From: Candidatus Saccharimonadales bacterium
GTDB lineage: Bacteria; Patescibacteriota; Saccharimonadia; Saccharimonadales; DATKHC01
Direction of reading: 5' to 3'
NCBI GenBank assembly: GCA_038317055.1
Contig: JBBQBA010000002.1
Location: 182,967-246,966, forward strand
Length of the DNA stretch: 64,000 bases
Made by a program: the position numbers and the translations under genes. The notes beneath the pieces are model-generated. The model did no database searches. It saw nothing but the letters and a program-made list of their open reading frames with translations, and was not told the origin of the DNA. Of the stretch, positions 51,892-60,929 are shown in pieces (within the stretch, counting starts at the first letter, position 1; each line of letters starts with the position of its first letter).

Positions 51892-52166
51892 TTGTTAACT
51901 CCTAAATTTATATTTATATAATAGAACTTTTAGGGTAACTAATAAAACCATAAGTTGATATTTAGCTGAAGATTAATTATAAGCCATGTTGAAAATTTAT
52001 CTAATTTTGGTTATAATAACAGAGTAAAACTAAATAATTACTAAATTAATAAATAGTATATTTTGCAGCATTTATATTAAATAAATGATCAAAACATAAA
52101 ATTTATAAAATCAATGTCCTCACAAAATCTAAAAATGATTTATTTTTAAAACGAGAGGAATTAAAT

Positions 52167-52649
52167 ATGAGATACATGTATCCTGAAAAAGGATTACCAG
52201 AAGAACTCGCTTTATCTTATAAAATGGCCGAAGAATTTGATAGCGTTTTTGAAAAGGGAATTGAAGCTGATGTTATTGATTCACCAACAATTAGTGGCGT
52301 TACTCAGCAACTATTAATCTTGGGCATTTCTGGATCTGAGCTTGTACCAAATGGCTATTCGACATATATCGAAAGAGAAATAGTAACTACAGAAGATGAA
52401 GATTCTGTTTTTCCTGAAGGTAGCTTACTTTCCTCTAATCATAAACTAGTTATATTGGACCCAACTAGATCAGCTGAAGGTACTATTACTTATTATGCGA
52501 GTGGTGTAGACATAATGCGTCAGTCATTTATCAACAATGATGTTAATCAATTAGCCACTATGGCTTTGACGCAAAAACAGGGTAGAGAACTAATTGATTT
52601 AATAAATTCTGGCACCAGTCTAGCAGTACCTGATATCAGCATAAATTAG
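52167..52649 (+). CDS. Hypothetical acidic protein
   Basis: 160 aa, GAGG SD. Confidence 0.6.
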   Translation: MRYMYPEKGLPEELALSYKMAEEFDSVFEKGIEADVIDSPTISGVTQQLLILGISGSELVPNGYSTYIEREIVTTEDEDSVFPEGSLLSSNHKLVILDPTRSAEGTITYYASGVDIMRQSFINNDVNQLATMALTQKQGRELIDLINSGTSLAVPDISIN

Positions 52650-52657
52650 GCTGAATC

Positions 52658-53299
52658 TTATTTAATTAAATTTGTTTCTGCCAGTTTTATTAAAAGATCT
52701 TCTAGTTTTTCGATTTTAAATGAAGAATCGGGATTATGTACTTTTGAATTAAAGCGTCCAATTTGAAAACTAAAGTTCGGCAGTTCTTTTATAGGAATTG
52801 CGCCAGTTCCACTAGCAAGACTACTTCCAATTCCAAAAACCGGAGAATTTCTTCTAATACGTAAACTTAAATCGCTACAAAGATAAACCGGAGTAGCATT
52901 TAAATAGCTAATAAATAAGGTATTTTTAGGTGCAAGCACACCAATTTGATAACCGCTACCGCTCCACAGTCTTCGCCAAATTAATCTACTACTTAATCTG
53001 TAAGTAATTCCATTTCTAAATACGTCATGATTCATATCAAATTTAGATAGTGGCATTAGTGACATTTTTGTAAACAAACCTAATTTCATAGATCCAGCAA
53101 ATTTGTGTTTGCCCATAAGATTTATAAATTCTCTAGCAATAACAACCTGTTTTGGTGACAATAGCGTATTTAAGCTTGATCCCTTGTGGCTAACACTAGT
53201 TTTCCTTAGATAATTAGTTAGTCTTATCTTAATTGTTCTATCAGTATTAACAGACTTACGTTTGGCGTTAATGTGGGCTTCAATTGTGTTCGTCTTCAT
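52658..53299 (-). CDS. Hypothetical basic protein
   Basis: 213-aa ORF. Confidence 0.55.
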   Translation of the reverse strand: MKTNTIEAHINAKRKSVNTDRTIKIRLTNYLRKTSVSHKGSSLNTLLSPKQVVIAREFINLMGKHKFAGSMKLGLFTKMSLMPLSKFDMNHDVFRNGITYRLSSRLIWRRLWSGSGYQIGVLAPKNTLFISYLNATPVYLCSDLSLRIRRNSPVFGIGSSLASGTGAIPIKELPNFSFQIGRFNSKVHNPDSSFKIEKLEDLLIKLAETNLIK

Positions 53300-53327
53300 A
53301 GTGTCTCTCTCAAGTAAGAGACACTAT
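53298..53327. promoter_or_regulatory. Perfect 11-bp inverted repeat overlapping a start codon
   Basis: ATAGTGTCTCT-N8-AGAGACACTAT. Confidence 0.65.
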
Positions 53328-53363
53328 ATCACTACGCTTGTCAAAAATTAATTGGTTAAGCTT

Positions 53364-54080
53364 TTAGAAGTATCTTCGGAAGTATTGTCTTTGAGCTAAA
53401 CCAGGTGTTCTGATAGCTGCCAGTCTTGGTTCAGGAAGTAGATCCTTTTGCGACAAGGCTAGGTTAGCTAAGTTGTTATTCACGTTGGTGGAGCTTGGAA
53501 CTAGATTAGGCTGTGGATTCTCATTTGTGTAGTAAGTATTAACTGGATTAAGCGGTACTTGATGAGGATCTACGGGTTGAGTGCCTGTTAGCTGTTGTTG
53601 AGGTACATAAATTGGTATGTATTGCGGTTGCAGGTTTTCTTGTTTAGGTTCGACTCCAGTCTTACCGTCTTCCACTGATGGTTCATCTTTTACTGCTTTC
53701 AACTTCATTGCTTTTTGGGCGTAGCTTAGAATTCCTCTTATTTGATCATGATTCCATGAACTGAAGTCCAGACACTTGTTTGAGGTAAAGATATGGAGAG
53801 TTGAGTTAAATAATCGGTAGTTAAAAGATAGTTCCTGAATCATTGAATAAGCGACTGAATCAAGTGTTAAAAACATTGGTTTATGATCTATTAGAAGTAA
53901 ACGGTGATCAGTTGCGACCAACAAACCGAACCCACCTTCATAATAACCATTTGTTGCTTTTAGAATAACTTCGTCGTCATGAAGTACATTACAAAGTTCT
54001 TTTACTTCAGCTCTTTGCCAAAATTTGTTTCTGTATCCAACTTTTGTTAGTTGTTTTAGTACGTCTGATAGTTCTACCAT
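53364..54080 (-). CDS. Bacterial PH-domain protein with Pro/Gln/Asn-rich tail
   Basis: LHDDEVIL...GLLVATDHRLLLID; GGAGG SD. Confidence 0.8.
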   Translation of the reverse strand: MVELSDVLKQLTKVGYRNKFWQRAEVKELCNVLHDDEVILKATNGYYEGGFGLLVATDHRLLLIDHKPMFLTLDSVAYSMIQELSFNYRLFNSTLHIFTSNKCLDFSSWNHDQIRGILSYAQKAMKLKAVKDEPSVEDGKTGVEPKQENLQPQYIPIYVPQQQLTGTQPVDPHQVPLNPVNTYYTNENPQPNLVPSSTNVNNNLANLALSQKDLLPEPRLAAIRTPGLAQRQYFRRYF

Positions 54081-54131
54081 TTTTTTCCTCCCCTTACATA
54101 TATAAGTCTATTCCTAATACCTGCATAAATC

Positions 54132-54193
54132 CGTTAGTTTAATCACGGAATTCGCGTACTAAAAATCACGGTACTTCTGTGTCCTAAATCACA
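54132..54193. promoter_or_regulatory. Three tandem Crp/Fnr-like boxes at 23-bp period
   Basis: CGTTA-N6-TCACG (54132), CGTAC-N6-TCACG (54155), TGTGT-N6-TCACA (54178). Confidence 0.65.
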
Positions 54194-54254
54194 TTGCTCT
54201 TAGAGAGAATTCTTATGCTTTTTTATGGTGAATTATTGCTATATAGTCGTTGTT

Positions 54255-54653
54255 ATGGAGTTTGAACAAGTTGACGGAAAATTAAAACTGATAGCTAGCA
54301 ATCAGAGAACTGAGGGAGGATACTCAGAACATATGGTTCTAATGGATGCGACCGCTAAAACTCTTGCTCGTTGGGCTTTTAGTAAAACTTTTGGCGAGCC
54401 AACTTGGCTTCAAGTCAGCACAATGGCTGAATATTTAAAAGTCAATGAACTAGAAAGAAGCAAAGATTCACTTGCGCCAGTTGTAGATAATCATGAGCTA
54501 TTAGCATTCAAAATTGCATTAATTGGCGCAACCCTATCTACTAATGAGGATTATTCCGGCCTTGCTAAAAGTATGTTGAATCAAATAGATGTCGAATGTA
54601 CGGTTTTACTTGAAGCATCACAAATACCTGACAGCCCACGATATTGGGGTTAA
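54255..54653 (+). CDS. Hypothetical protein
   Basis: ATG 54255 lies 7 nt after TATAGT; ORF track gives 54225. Confidence 0.55.
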   Translation: MEFEQVDGKLKLIASNQRTEGGYSEHMVLMDATAKTLARWAFSKTFGEPTWLQVSTMAEYLKVNELERSKDSLAPVVDNHELLAFKIALIGATLSTNEDYSGLAKSMLNQIDVECTVLLEASQIPDSPRYWG

Positions 54654-54707
54654 GCATATGGTTTATCAGATATAGGCAATCATTTAGATATGTGACATAA
54701 TTAATAT

Positions 54708-55361
54708 ATGTTGGCCACAAACGACCAATTAAACGCTTTACTTGGGGTGTTTAAGACAGGTGACAAGTTAACTTATAAAAAAGGTGAATTTATAATCCGC
54801 CCCGGACAAAAACCCGCGGGTGTTTTTTATATCCAATCGGGACTTGTTAAAGCCTATGACATAAGTAAGTACGGCGAAGAGAACTTACTGGTTATACGTA
54901 AGGAAAAAGAGATTTTTCCGTTAATTTGGGCAGTAACTGGTCAAGAACGACACATTATTTATGAGGCTCTATCTCCAACCGTCCTCCTTCATGTTTCTAG
55001 AAGTAAATTCTATGACACCTTAAAAGAAAATCCTGAAACCATGACACCAATTCTTGATATGGTTGTAGAAATGTATCGAATTCACAGTGAACGCATTCTA
55101 AACTTAGAATATAGAAGTGTTAGAGAGAGATTAATCTCGTTCTTACTAACTATGTCACTAAGATTTGGCAAAAAAACTAAAAATGATAACGAATTAATTA
55201 TAGATGTACCGCTTAGGCATATTGATATCGCAAGCTCAATTAATGCTACAAGAGAAACTACTAGTAGAGAGATGACCTATCTCGAACATCATAATTTAGT
55301 ATCAACAAAACAATCGATCATTACTCTACTTGATATTGATAAACTCAATTCTTACCTGTAA
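54708..55361 (+). CDS. Crp/Fnr family transcriptional regulator
   Basis: cNMP-binding-like domain (FYIQSGLVK) and HTH IASSINATRETTSR. Confidence 0.92.
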   Translation: MLATNDQLNALLGVFKTGDKLTYKKGEFIIRPGQKPAGVFYIQSGLVKAYDISKYGEENLLVIRKEKEIFPLIWAVTGQERHIIYEALSPTVLLHVSRSKFYDTLKENPETMTPILDMVVEMYRIHSERILNLEYRSVRERLISFLLTMSLRFGKKTKNDNELIIDVPLRHIDIASSINATRETTSREMTYLEHHNLVSTKQSIITLLDIDKLNSYL

Positions 55362-55392
55362 ATAAAGCTCAAATTCTTGCTTTTAGTTTGTA

Positions 55393-55899
55393 TTGTTATA
55401 TAATATATACATGATACCAGATGCGGAATTTTTTCCCCAAGCAACACCTGAAATAGAAAGCCATTTACCGGAGGATATAAACCGGATTGAAGCAATGCAA
55501 TTGGGTATGATATCTAAACGTGGAAGACAAATGAATTATGATCATACCTTTGCTACCATCGATAATTCACTTGTTTATAGTGTAATTTCTAATCCTGTTG
55601 GCGACTCACTCAAAGTCCATCTTAGGCAACTTACTGAAGATGCCCTACCAGTAGATACATGGGTTACTATCTTGTGGTCCGATGAGTATAGAAGCTCAAT
55701 AAGTCACGTAAAAGCAACAAGATCGACTCAAGTTGGTAGTCCTTCAGTATATAGAAATAGTTCTTATGATGTTGCGCGAGATCGTCATAAATTCTTACTT
55801 GCAAGACCCAGTAATAGTCTTAGTCTTAGGGAAGTCTCGAAAACTATAAAAACCGTTCACGGGCTTCTAGTTAAAACACAACCTAGAATTCAACGCTAA
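55393..55899 (+). CDS. Hypothetical protein (start likely ATG 55411)
   Basis: TATAAT 6 nt before ATG 55411. Confidence 0.55.
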   Translation: MLYNIYMIPDAEFFPQATPEIESHLPEDINRIEAMQLGMISKRGRQMNYDHTFATIDNSLVYSVISNPVGDSLKVHLRQLTEDALPVDTWVTILWSDEYRSSISHVKATRSTQVGSPSVYRNSSYDVARDRHKFLLARPSNSLSLREVSKTIKTVHGLLVKTQPRIQR

Positions 55900-55989
55900 A
55901 TATAGTCTTAGCTATTGCAAGTATTACAGAGGTAGATTAAGATAAATATAGTCATAAGCTAAATAAATTTAAGCTAGTGGTGGGAACGT

Positions 55990-58488
55990 GTGAACAAAGA
56001 CCATTTAAAAAAACTAAACTCGACTGAGCTTATAAATCATCTCGGTAGTTCACTTGATGGGCTAACCGCTAGCGAAGCAGACTCCAGAGTTCATAAATAC
56101 GGTCCAAATATATTTAAAGATACTTCGAAGCGCAGTACTTTTTCGCTAATCTTAAAACAATTTAAAAGCTCACTTATATATCTGCTAATTGTTGCTACAG
56201 TTCTGGCATTTATCTTGGGTGACGATAGTGATGCAATTATATTGCTTGTAATTCTACTTATTAATACTGGGCTTGGTTTTTATCAGGAATATAAGTCAGA
56301 GAATGCAGTTGAAAAACTGCAAAAACTTGTTAGCAGAGAAATTCTAGTCAAACGTGATGGCAAAGACACGCTTATTTCAGAGTCACATATTACTATTGGC
56401 GATTTAATAATTCTACGTCAAGGCGATATTGTACCGGCCGATATAAGACTAACGGGTGTTTCGAATGTATCGGTTGATGAGTCTGAACTTACTGGTGAGT
56501 CGATGGCGGTAGCTAAAACGGTGCAGGGCAAAGATTCACTAGTTTTTGCTGGCAGCACCATTGAACAGGGTGAAGCCGAAGGTTATGTCTATGCTATTGC
56601 GAACCAAACAGAACTAGGTAAAATCGCCCACCTATCAAACGACACTAAAAAGACCACTAAGTACGAACAACAACTTAATTCATTTAGTTCTTTTCTAATT
56701 AGAGTTACATTTTTAACACTACTTCTTGTTTTCATAATCAAGGTACTAGTTAACAAAGACCACAATTCAATTATTGATCTTGGGCTTTTTATAGTAGCCC
56801 TATCAATTACTGTCGTACCTGAGGCAATGCCAGTAATCGCAACGCTTACTCTATCAAAAGGAGCTATGCGACTAGCAAAACAACACGTAATTGTTAAAAC
56901 CCTAACGGCAGCTGAGGATCTTGGTAATATTAATATCCTTTGTAGTGATAAAACTGGAACACTAACTCAAAATAAACAAACAGTGACCCACGTTACCGCT
57001 GATAACTTAGAGTTGTTTCAATTACTGGCGATAGCCAGCCTAGAAACTCTTGATGAGAAACGGAAGAAATTTCAAAGTTCATTTGATAGAGCTTTCATAG
57101 ATTATGTACCCGAAAAGCTTCAACGAGAAGCTGAGAATTATAAAAGACTGGCTGAGCTACCTTTTGATCCGAAGTCTAGACGTAGACGGGTAATATTTTC
57201 TGATGCCCACAAAACTTATCTTGTAGAAGTTGGATCAGTTGAAACGCTACTATCTGTTTCGCATGAACATAAACACAAGGAAAAGTATTTAGAACTAATT
57301 AAAAAAGACGGTCGAGAAGGGTTACGCCATCTTGGTATTGCCTATAAGATAATCAAGTACGACAAAAACTATAATATTTTAAAACATGAAGATAAATTAA
57401 AGTTTGTTGGTTACGCTGCTTTAGACGATCCACTTAGACCAACTACTAAACATACTATTGAGCTTGCTAGAGAACTTGGTCTGACAATTAAAATCCTCTC
57501 AGGCGATAGTCGGGAAGTAACTCATTATGTAGCCAGTGAAGTTGGACTAATATCCAAAGCCCAGCTAGCATATACTGGCGATGAATTAGATAAGCTAGAT
57601 ACAGCACAGTTTAATGACACTGTTAAAAATAATGATGTATTTGCCAGACTTGACCCCGAACAGAAGTATAAAATTATTGAAGCATTAAAAAAGCAAGGTA
57701 ATACGGTTGGCTACCAAGGTGACGGCATTAACGATGCACCAGCCTTAAAGCTAGCTGACGTTGCTATTGCTGTTAACAATGCGACTGATGTAGCTCAGGA
57801 AAGTGCGGACATACTTCTGCTTCGCAATGATCTAGGGGTAATAGTAAACGGAGTAAAATACGGCAGAACTATATTCTCTAATATTAATAAGTATATTCGC
57901 TATTCAATGATAGGAAACTTTGGAAACTTTTTTGCCTTGTCGGCACTATACCTTCTTTCAAATGCATCATTACCACTACTACCTATTCAGTTAATCCTAA
58001 CTAGTTTACTTACGGACATTCCTCTTATTACCATTGCTACAGATAATGTAGAAACGTCCGAGCTGCAGAGACCCAGTAAATACAATACACACGCGCTCAT
58101 GTTTATATCTATTTTCCTAGGAACCTTTACGGCACTATTTGAGATTCTATTCTTTACGTTAATTAAAACTCAACCTACAGGAGTCGAGCAAACAGCGTTG
58201 TTCCTTTTCCTTAACTTATCTGGACTTATAGTAATTCTCTCAGTAAGAAACAAAGACCATTTTTGGCGTGCTCCTAAGTTCTCAAGTGAGTTGAAAGTGG
58301 CACTGATAGCACTAGGGGTTATATCAATAGGAATGATCTATATTGGAATAACTAGAGAACTATTTAAGTTAACTGCACTACCTCTCAGTGTGATAGGTCT
58401 TACGATAGCCTCGACGCTTCTCTATTTGCTTGTGCTGGATATTGTTAAGGTTTGGTTCTATCAATCTAAGGTTGGCAGTAACTACTAA
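55990..58488 (+). CDS. P-type cation-transporting ATPase (MgtA/P2-like)
   Basis: TGES, VPEAMP, DKTGTLT, GDGINDAPALK. Confidence 0.93.
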   Translation: MNKDHLKKLNSTELINHLGSSLDGLTASEADSRVHKYGPNIFKDTSKRSTFSLILKQFKSSLIYLLIVATVLAFILGDDSDAIILLVILLINTGLGFYQEYKSENAVEKLQKLVSREILVKRDGKDTLISESHITIGDLIILRQGDIVPADIRLTGVSNVSVDESELTGESMAVAKTVQGKDSLVFAGSTIEQGEAEGYVYAIANQTELGKIAHLSNDTKKTTKYEQQLNSFSSFLIRVTFLTLLLVFIIKVLVNKDHNSIIDLGLFIVALSITVVPEAMPVIATLTLSKGAMRLAKQHVIVKTLTAAEDLGNINILCSDKTGTLTQNKQTVTHVTADNLELFQLLAIASLETLDEKRKKFQSSFDRAFIDYVPEKLQREAENYKRLAELPFDPKSRRRRVIFSDAHKTYLVEVGSVETLLSVSHEHKHKEKYLELIKKDGREGLRHLGIAYKIIKYDKNYNILKHEDKLKFVGYAALDDPLRPTTKHTIELARELGLTIKILSGDSREVTHYVASEVGLISKAQLAYTGDELDKLDTAQFNDTVKNNDVFARLDPEQKYKIIEALKKQGNTVGYQGDGINDAPALKLADVAIAVNNATDVAQESADILLLRNDLGVIVNGVKYGRTIFSNINKYIRYSMIGNFGNFFALSALYLLSNASLPLLPIQLILTSLLTDIPLITIATDNVETSELQRPSKYNTHALMFISIFLGTFTALFEILFFTLIKTQPTGVEQTALFLFLNLSGLIVILSVRNKDHFWRAPKFSSELKVALIALGVISIGMIYIGITRELFKLTALPLSVIGLTIASTLLYLLVLDIVKVWFYQSKVGSNY

Positions 58489-58559
58489 ACCCATTTAATG
58501 CTTTATATTTGATTAAAAGTATGTAATAGTATATACCTTAGTATTTTAAGGAGTTACTT

Positions 58560-59195
58560 GTGTCAGAAAACGTTAGATATTTAGGTATTGGGCGTCAAGT
58601 CGAAGAAGACTGGATGCTTGATTTTGAAGATTGTTTTAAAGCGAATATTGGTAATAGAGATGCAAATTTAAAACTGGTAACTCGACCTGGCGTAATTTAT
58701 GCAGATTTCAGAGGTATAGCGGCAAATCTAAGCTCAGATAATCCAATACTTCCTGTATGTAATTCATCAGAAGAAATAGTCGATAAATTAATTGAAACCG
58801 AAGTATTAGATCAGACAATAGCCCGAAGAGGAATAACTAACGCTTTCATTAAAGGTATAGAACTAAGTTCGAGACCCATAAATCTCCAAGGTGGTAGTTT
58901 ACGATTTCCTATAATTGCCAGTGTATACGATGTTAATAATTTAAGCAGTCAAGATAGGTATCAAATTTTACATGAAAAACAGGTAGTTAGAAATTCGTTA
59001 GGCATAAAAGGTGAACTGCCTAATAGTGATAGAATTCCTAGACATAAAATAAAAATAGGTTCATTAGCTTGTGTAGGGGATTTTTTAGGTGAAGGATTCT
59101 TCAAAGCTATTCGAATTGACATGGATAGTACCATAGACTTAACTCCAATCAGTCAAATTGATGACAGATTTAGAAAATCTACTACAAAGCACTAG
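58560..59195 (+). CDS. Hypothetical protein
   Basis: 211 aa, AAGGAG SD with GTG start. Confidence 0.6.
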   Translation: MSENVRYLGIGRQVEEDWMLDFEDCFKANIGNRDANLKLVTRPGVIYADFRGIAANLSSDNPILPVCNSSEEIVDKLIETEVLDQTIARRGITNAFIKGIELSSRPINLQGGSLRFPIIASVYDVNNLSSQDRYQILHEKQVVRNSLGIKGELPNSDRIPRHKIKIGSLACVGDFLGEGFFKAIRIDMDSTIDLTPISQIDDRFRKSTTKH

Positions 59196-59254
59196 CTTAA
59201 CTATATATTTGACCCCTGTTAAATAATATAGTATCGTATAGTAATTATATAAGG

Positions 59255-59479
59255 GTGTTTATGTTTCTTCAGCTACCGTTTCGATTTGCCGCTAATCTTC
59301 AAAATACAGTTCTAATAATTAACACAGTAATTATTTTAGCCCTCTTAATTACGGTTGAAATAGTCTTCTCAGAAAAACCAAAAAGCGAACGAAAAGAGCT
59401 AAAGTATTTATTGCCGGTAGTTGTAGTTATTGGCGGAATTTTAATATATGCTGCGATTAAACAAGTAGGTAAGGGTTAG
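59255..59479 (+). CDS. Small two-TM membrane protein
   Basis: Two hydrophobic helices; 3 bp before the next gene. Confidence 0.65.
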   Translation: MFMFLQLPFRFAANLQNTVLIINTVIILALLITVEIVFSEKPKSERKELKYLLPVVVVIGGILIYAAIKQVGKG

Positions 59480-59482
59480 AAT

Positions 59483-60334
59483 ATGACCGATAGTCCTACT
59501 TCAACTCATGAGTCTGATATTGAGAAGCCTGCCAATGTTACCTCAAAAGCTTTAATGGTTATCAATAAAAGTCGTGGAAAAATATATAGCCCGTACTTAA
59601 AACAGTTTTGGGTGTTCAGCTACATCCTGTTTTTTGTGGCTCTTTCACAACTTACACTTCGTTATGACGTTAAGGTTGGTGTCTATATGAACGGTTTAGC
59701 GATAATAGCTCTGCTTGGCTTAGCTATTTTCTATACTCGTGCCAGGAAGTTATCTTTGTCGGCTAATATCCTTCCAGTAGCTACACTTCTTAGTTTAGTA
59801 CTACCTAGGTTATCTAACTTCAGTCGAACTGTGATTTTTTACGACACTATTCTAGTCCTTGCGTTAGTTTATAGATATTTATTTATTTTTGAAGATCCAA
59901 AAGATCAACATAGAACTAAGTTTAGAAATTATGCGATCCTAATTCCTCTCATGATAATAGGTGGGCAGATACTTGGAGTCATAGGTTACGGCATGCTTCG
60001 ACATGATTATCCGTTTTACGGTACGTCGATTGCCATTGTTGCTTTTACTTCCGTTATATTTGTGTTTACTGAAGAGGTCTTCTTTAGGGGTCTCGTTCAA
60101 CTAAAGGGTAATCAAATTCTACATCCAGTTATGTCTGCTATCATGGCAATTTTAGTATTTGTTCTGGCTACTATTACGCACACGATTTCAATAGCCCCCA
60201 TATTTGCTTTAATTTTAGGGACCTCTCTATCACTTACTTATTATTTCAAACAAAACTTAGTTCTAACCGGTACATTAAACCTATCAACCAAGCTAACTTA
60301 TATTGCATTAATGGTAGCCTTTGTAATACATTAG
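59483..60334 (+). CDS. CPBP (type II CAAX protease/Abi)-like multi-TM protein
   Basis: EEVFFRG (EExxxR) and a downstream His; the final HxxxN motif is not evident. Confidence 0.7.
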   Translation: MTDSPTSTHESDIEKPANVTSKALMVINKSRGKIYSPYLKQFWVFSYILFFVALSQLTLRYDVKVGVYMNGLAIIALLGLAIFYTRARKLSLSANILPVATLLSLVLPRLSNFSRTVIFYDTILVLALVYRYLFIFEDPKDQHRTKFRNYAILIPLMIIGGQILGVIGYGMLRHDYPFYGTSIAIVAFTSVIFVFTEEVFFRGLVQLKGNQILHPVMSAIMAILVFVLATITHTISIAPIFALILGTSLSLTYYFKQNLVLTGTLNLSTKLTYIALMVAFVIH

Positions 60335-60358
60335 CGGTTATAATTTTTTATTATTGAT

Positions 60359-60452
60359 TGTGAAAGGGAAGTGAAAATATTACTCCTGTGGATAACTTTC
60401 ATAAAGCTTTCACATTTTTATTGACCTATCTCATAATATGGGTCATTATGAG
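60359..60452. promoter_or_regulatory. Symmetric regulatory region upstream of the exosortase operon, including a perfect DnaA box
   Basis: GTGAAA-N5-GTGAAA, TGTGGATAA (60387-60395), TTTCAT-N5-TTTCAC, TTGACC, overlapping inverted repeats. Confidence 0.6.
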
Positions 60453-60494
60453 GTTTACTAGTAAACTATATATCACACTAGATAAGGAGAATAG

Positions 60495-60929
60495 ATGAAA
60501 AAATTTATCGTCAGTATCACAGGTTTACTTGCAGGACTAATACTACTACCAATGTCCGTATCTGCTGCACCTGCAACAACGAGTATATCTGGTGCAATAA
60601 CTAATAATGGATCACCTGTATTTCATGCAAAAGTTACTGTAACTTGTAACGGACATGTTAAGCATGTTTCTTCAAATAATGTTGGTGGATATTTAGCTAA
60701 CTTCAAAGCAGCTAATTGTCCAAACGGTTCACACGTAATAGTATCTGCAACTAAAAAAGGTACAGGTGGATCAAGTAGTGGTACAGTCGCTGCGCTAACT
60801 AGTAAGCTGAATGTTTCCGTGATCAATGTGTCTGTACCTGAACTCGGAACAGTCGTAGGAATAAGTGCAGCGGTCTTAGGGGCTGGATCTTTCTTGATAA
60901 TCCGACGACGTCAACTCGGTGCTCACTAA
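60495..60929 (+). CDS. Secreted beta-sandwich protein with PEP/PEF-CTERM-like sorting signal (VPELG-TM-RRR)
   Basis: Signal peptide ending VSA; carboxypeptidase-regulatory-like pattern ISGAIT..GSPV..AKVTV..GGY; C-terminus VSVPELGTVVGISAAVLGAGSFLIIRRRQ; TAAGGAG SD. Confidence 0.85.
   Translation: MKKFIVSITGLLAGLILLPMSVSAAPATTSISGAITNNGSPVFHAKVTVTCNGHVKHVSSNNVGGYLANFKAANCPNGSHVIVSATKKGTGGSSSGTVAALTSKLNVSVINVSVPELGTVVGISAAVLGAGSFLIIRRRQLGAH

Noticed and set aside
58560-59195. 2H phosphoesterase similarity (PRHKIKIG)
   Set aside because: Neither HxT/S motif is intact
60387-60395. Replication origin at the DnaA box
   Set aside because: Only one box noticed in a short spacer; no dnaA/dnaN nearby
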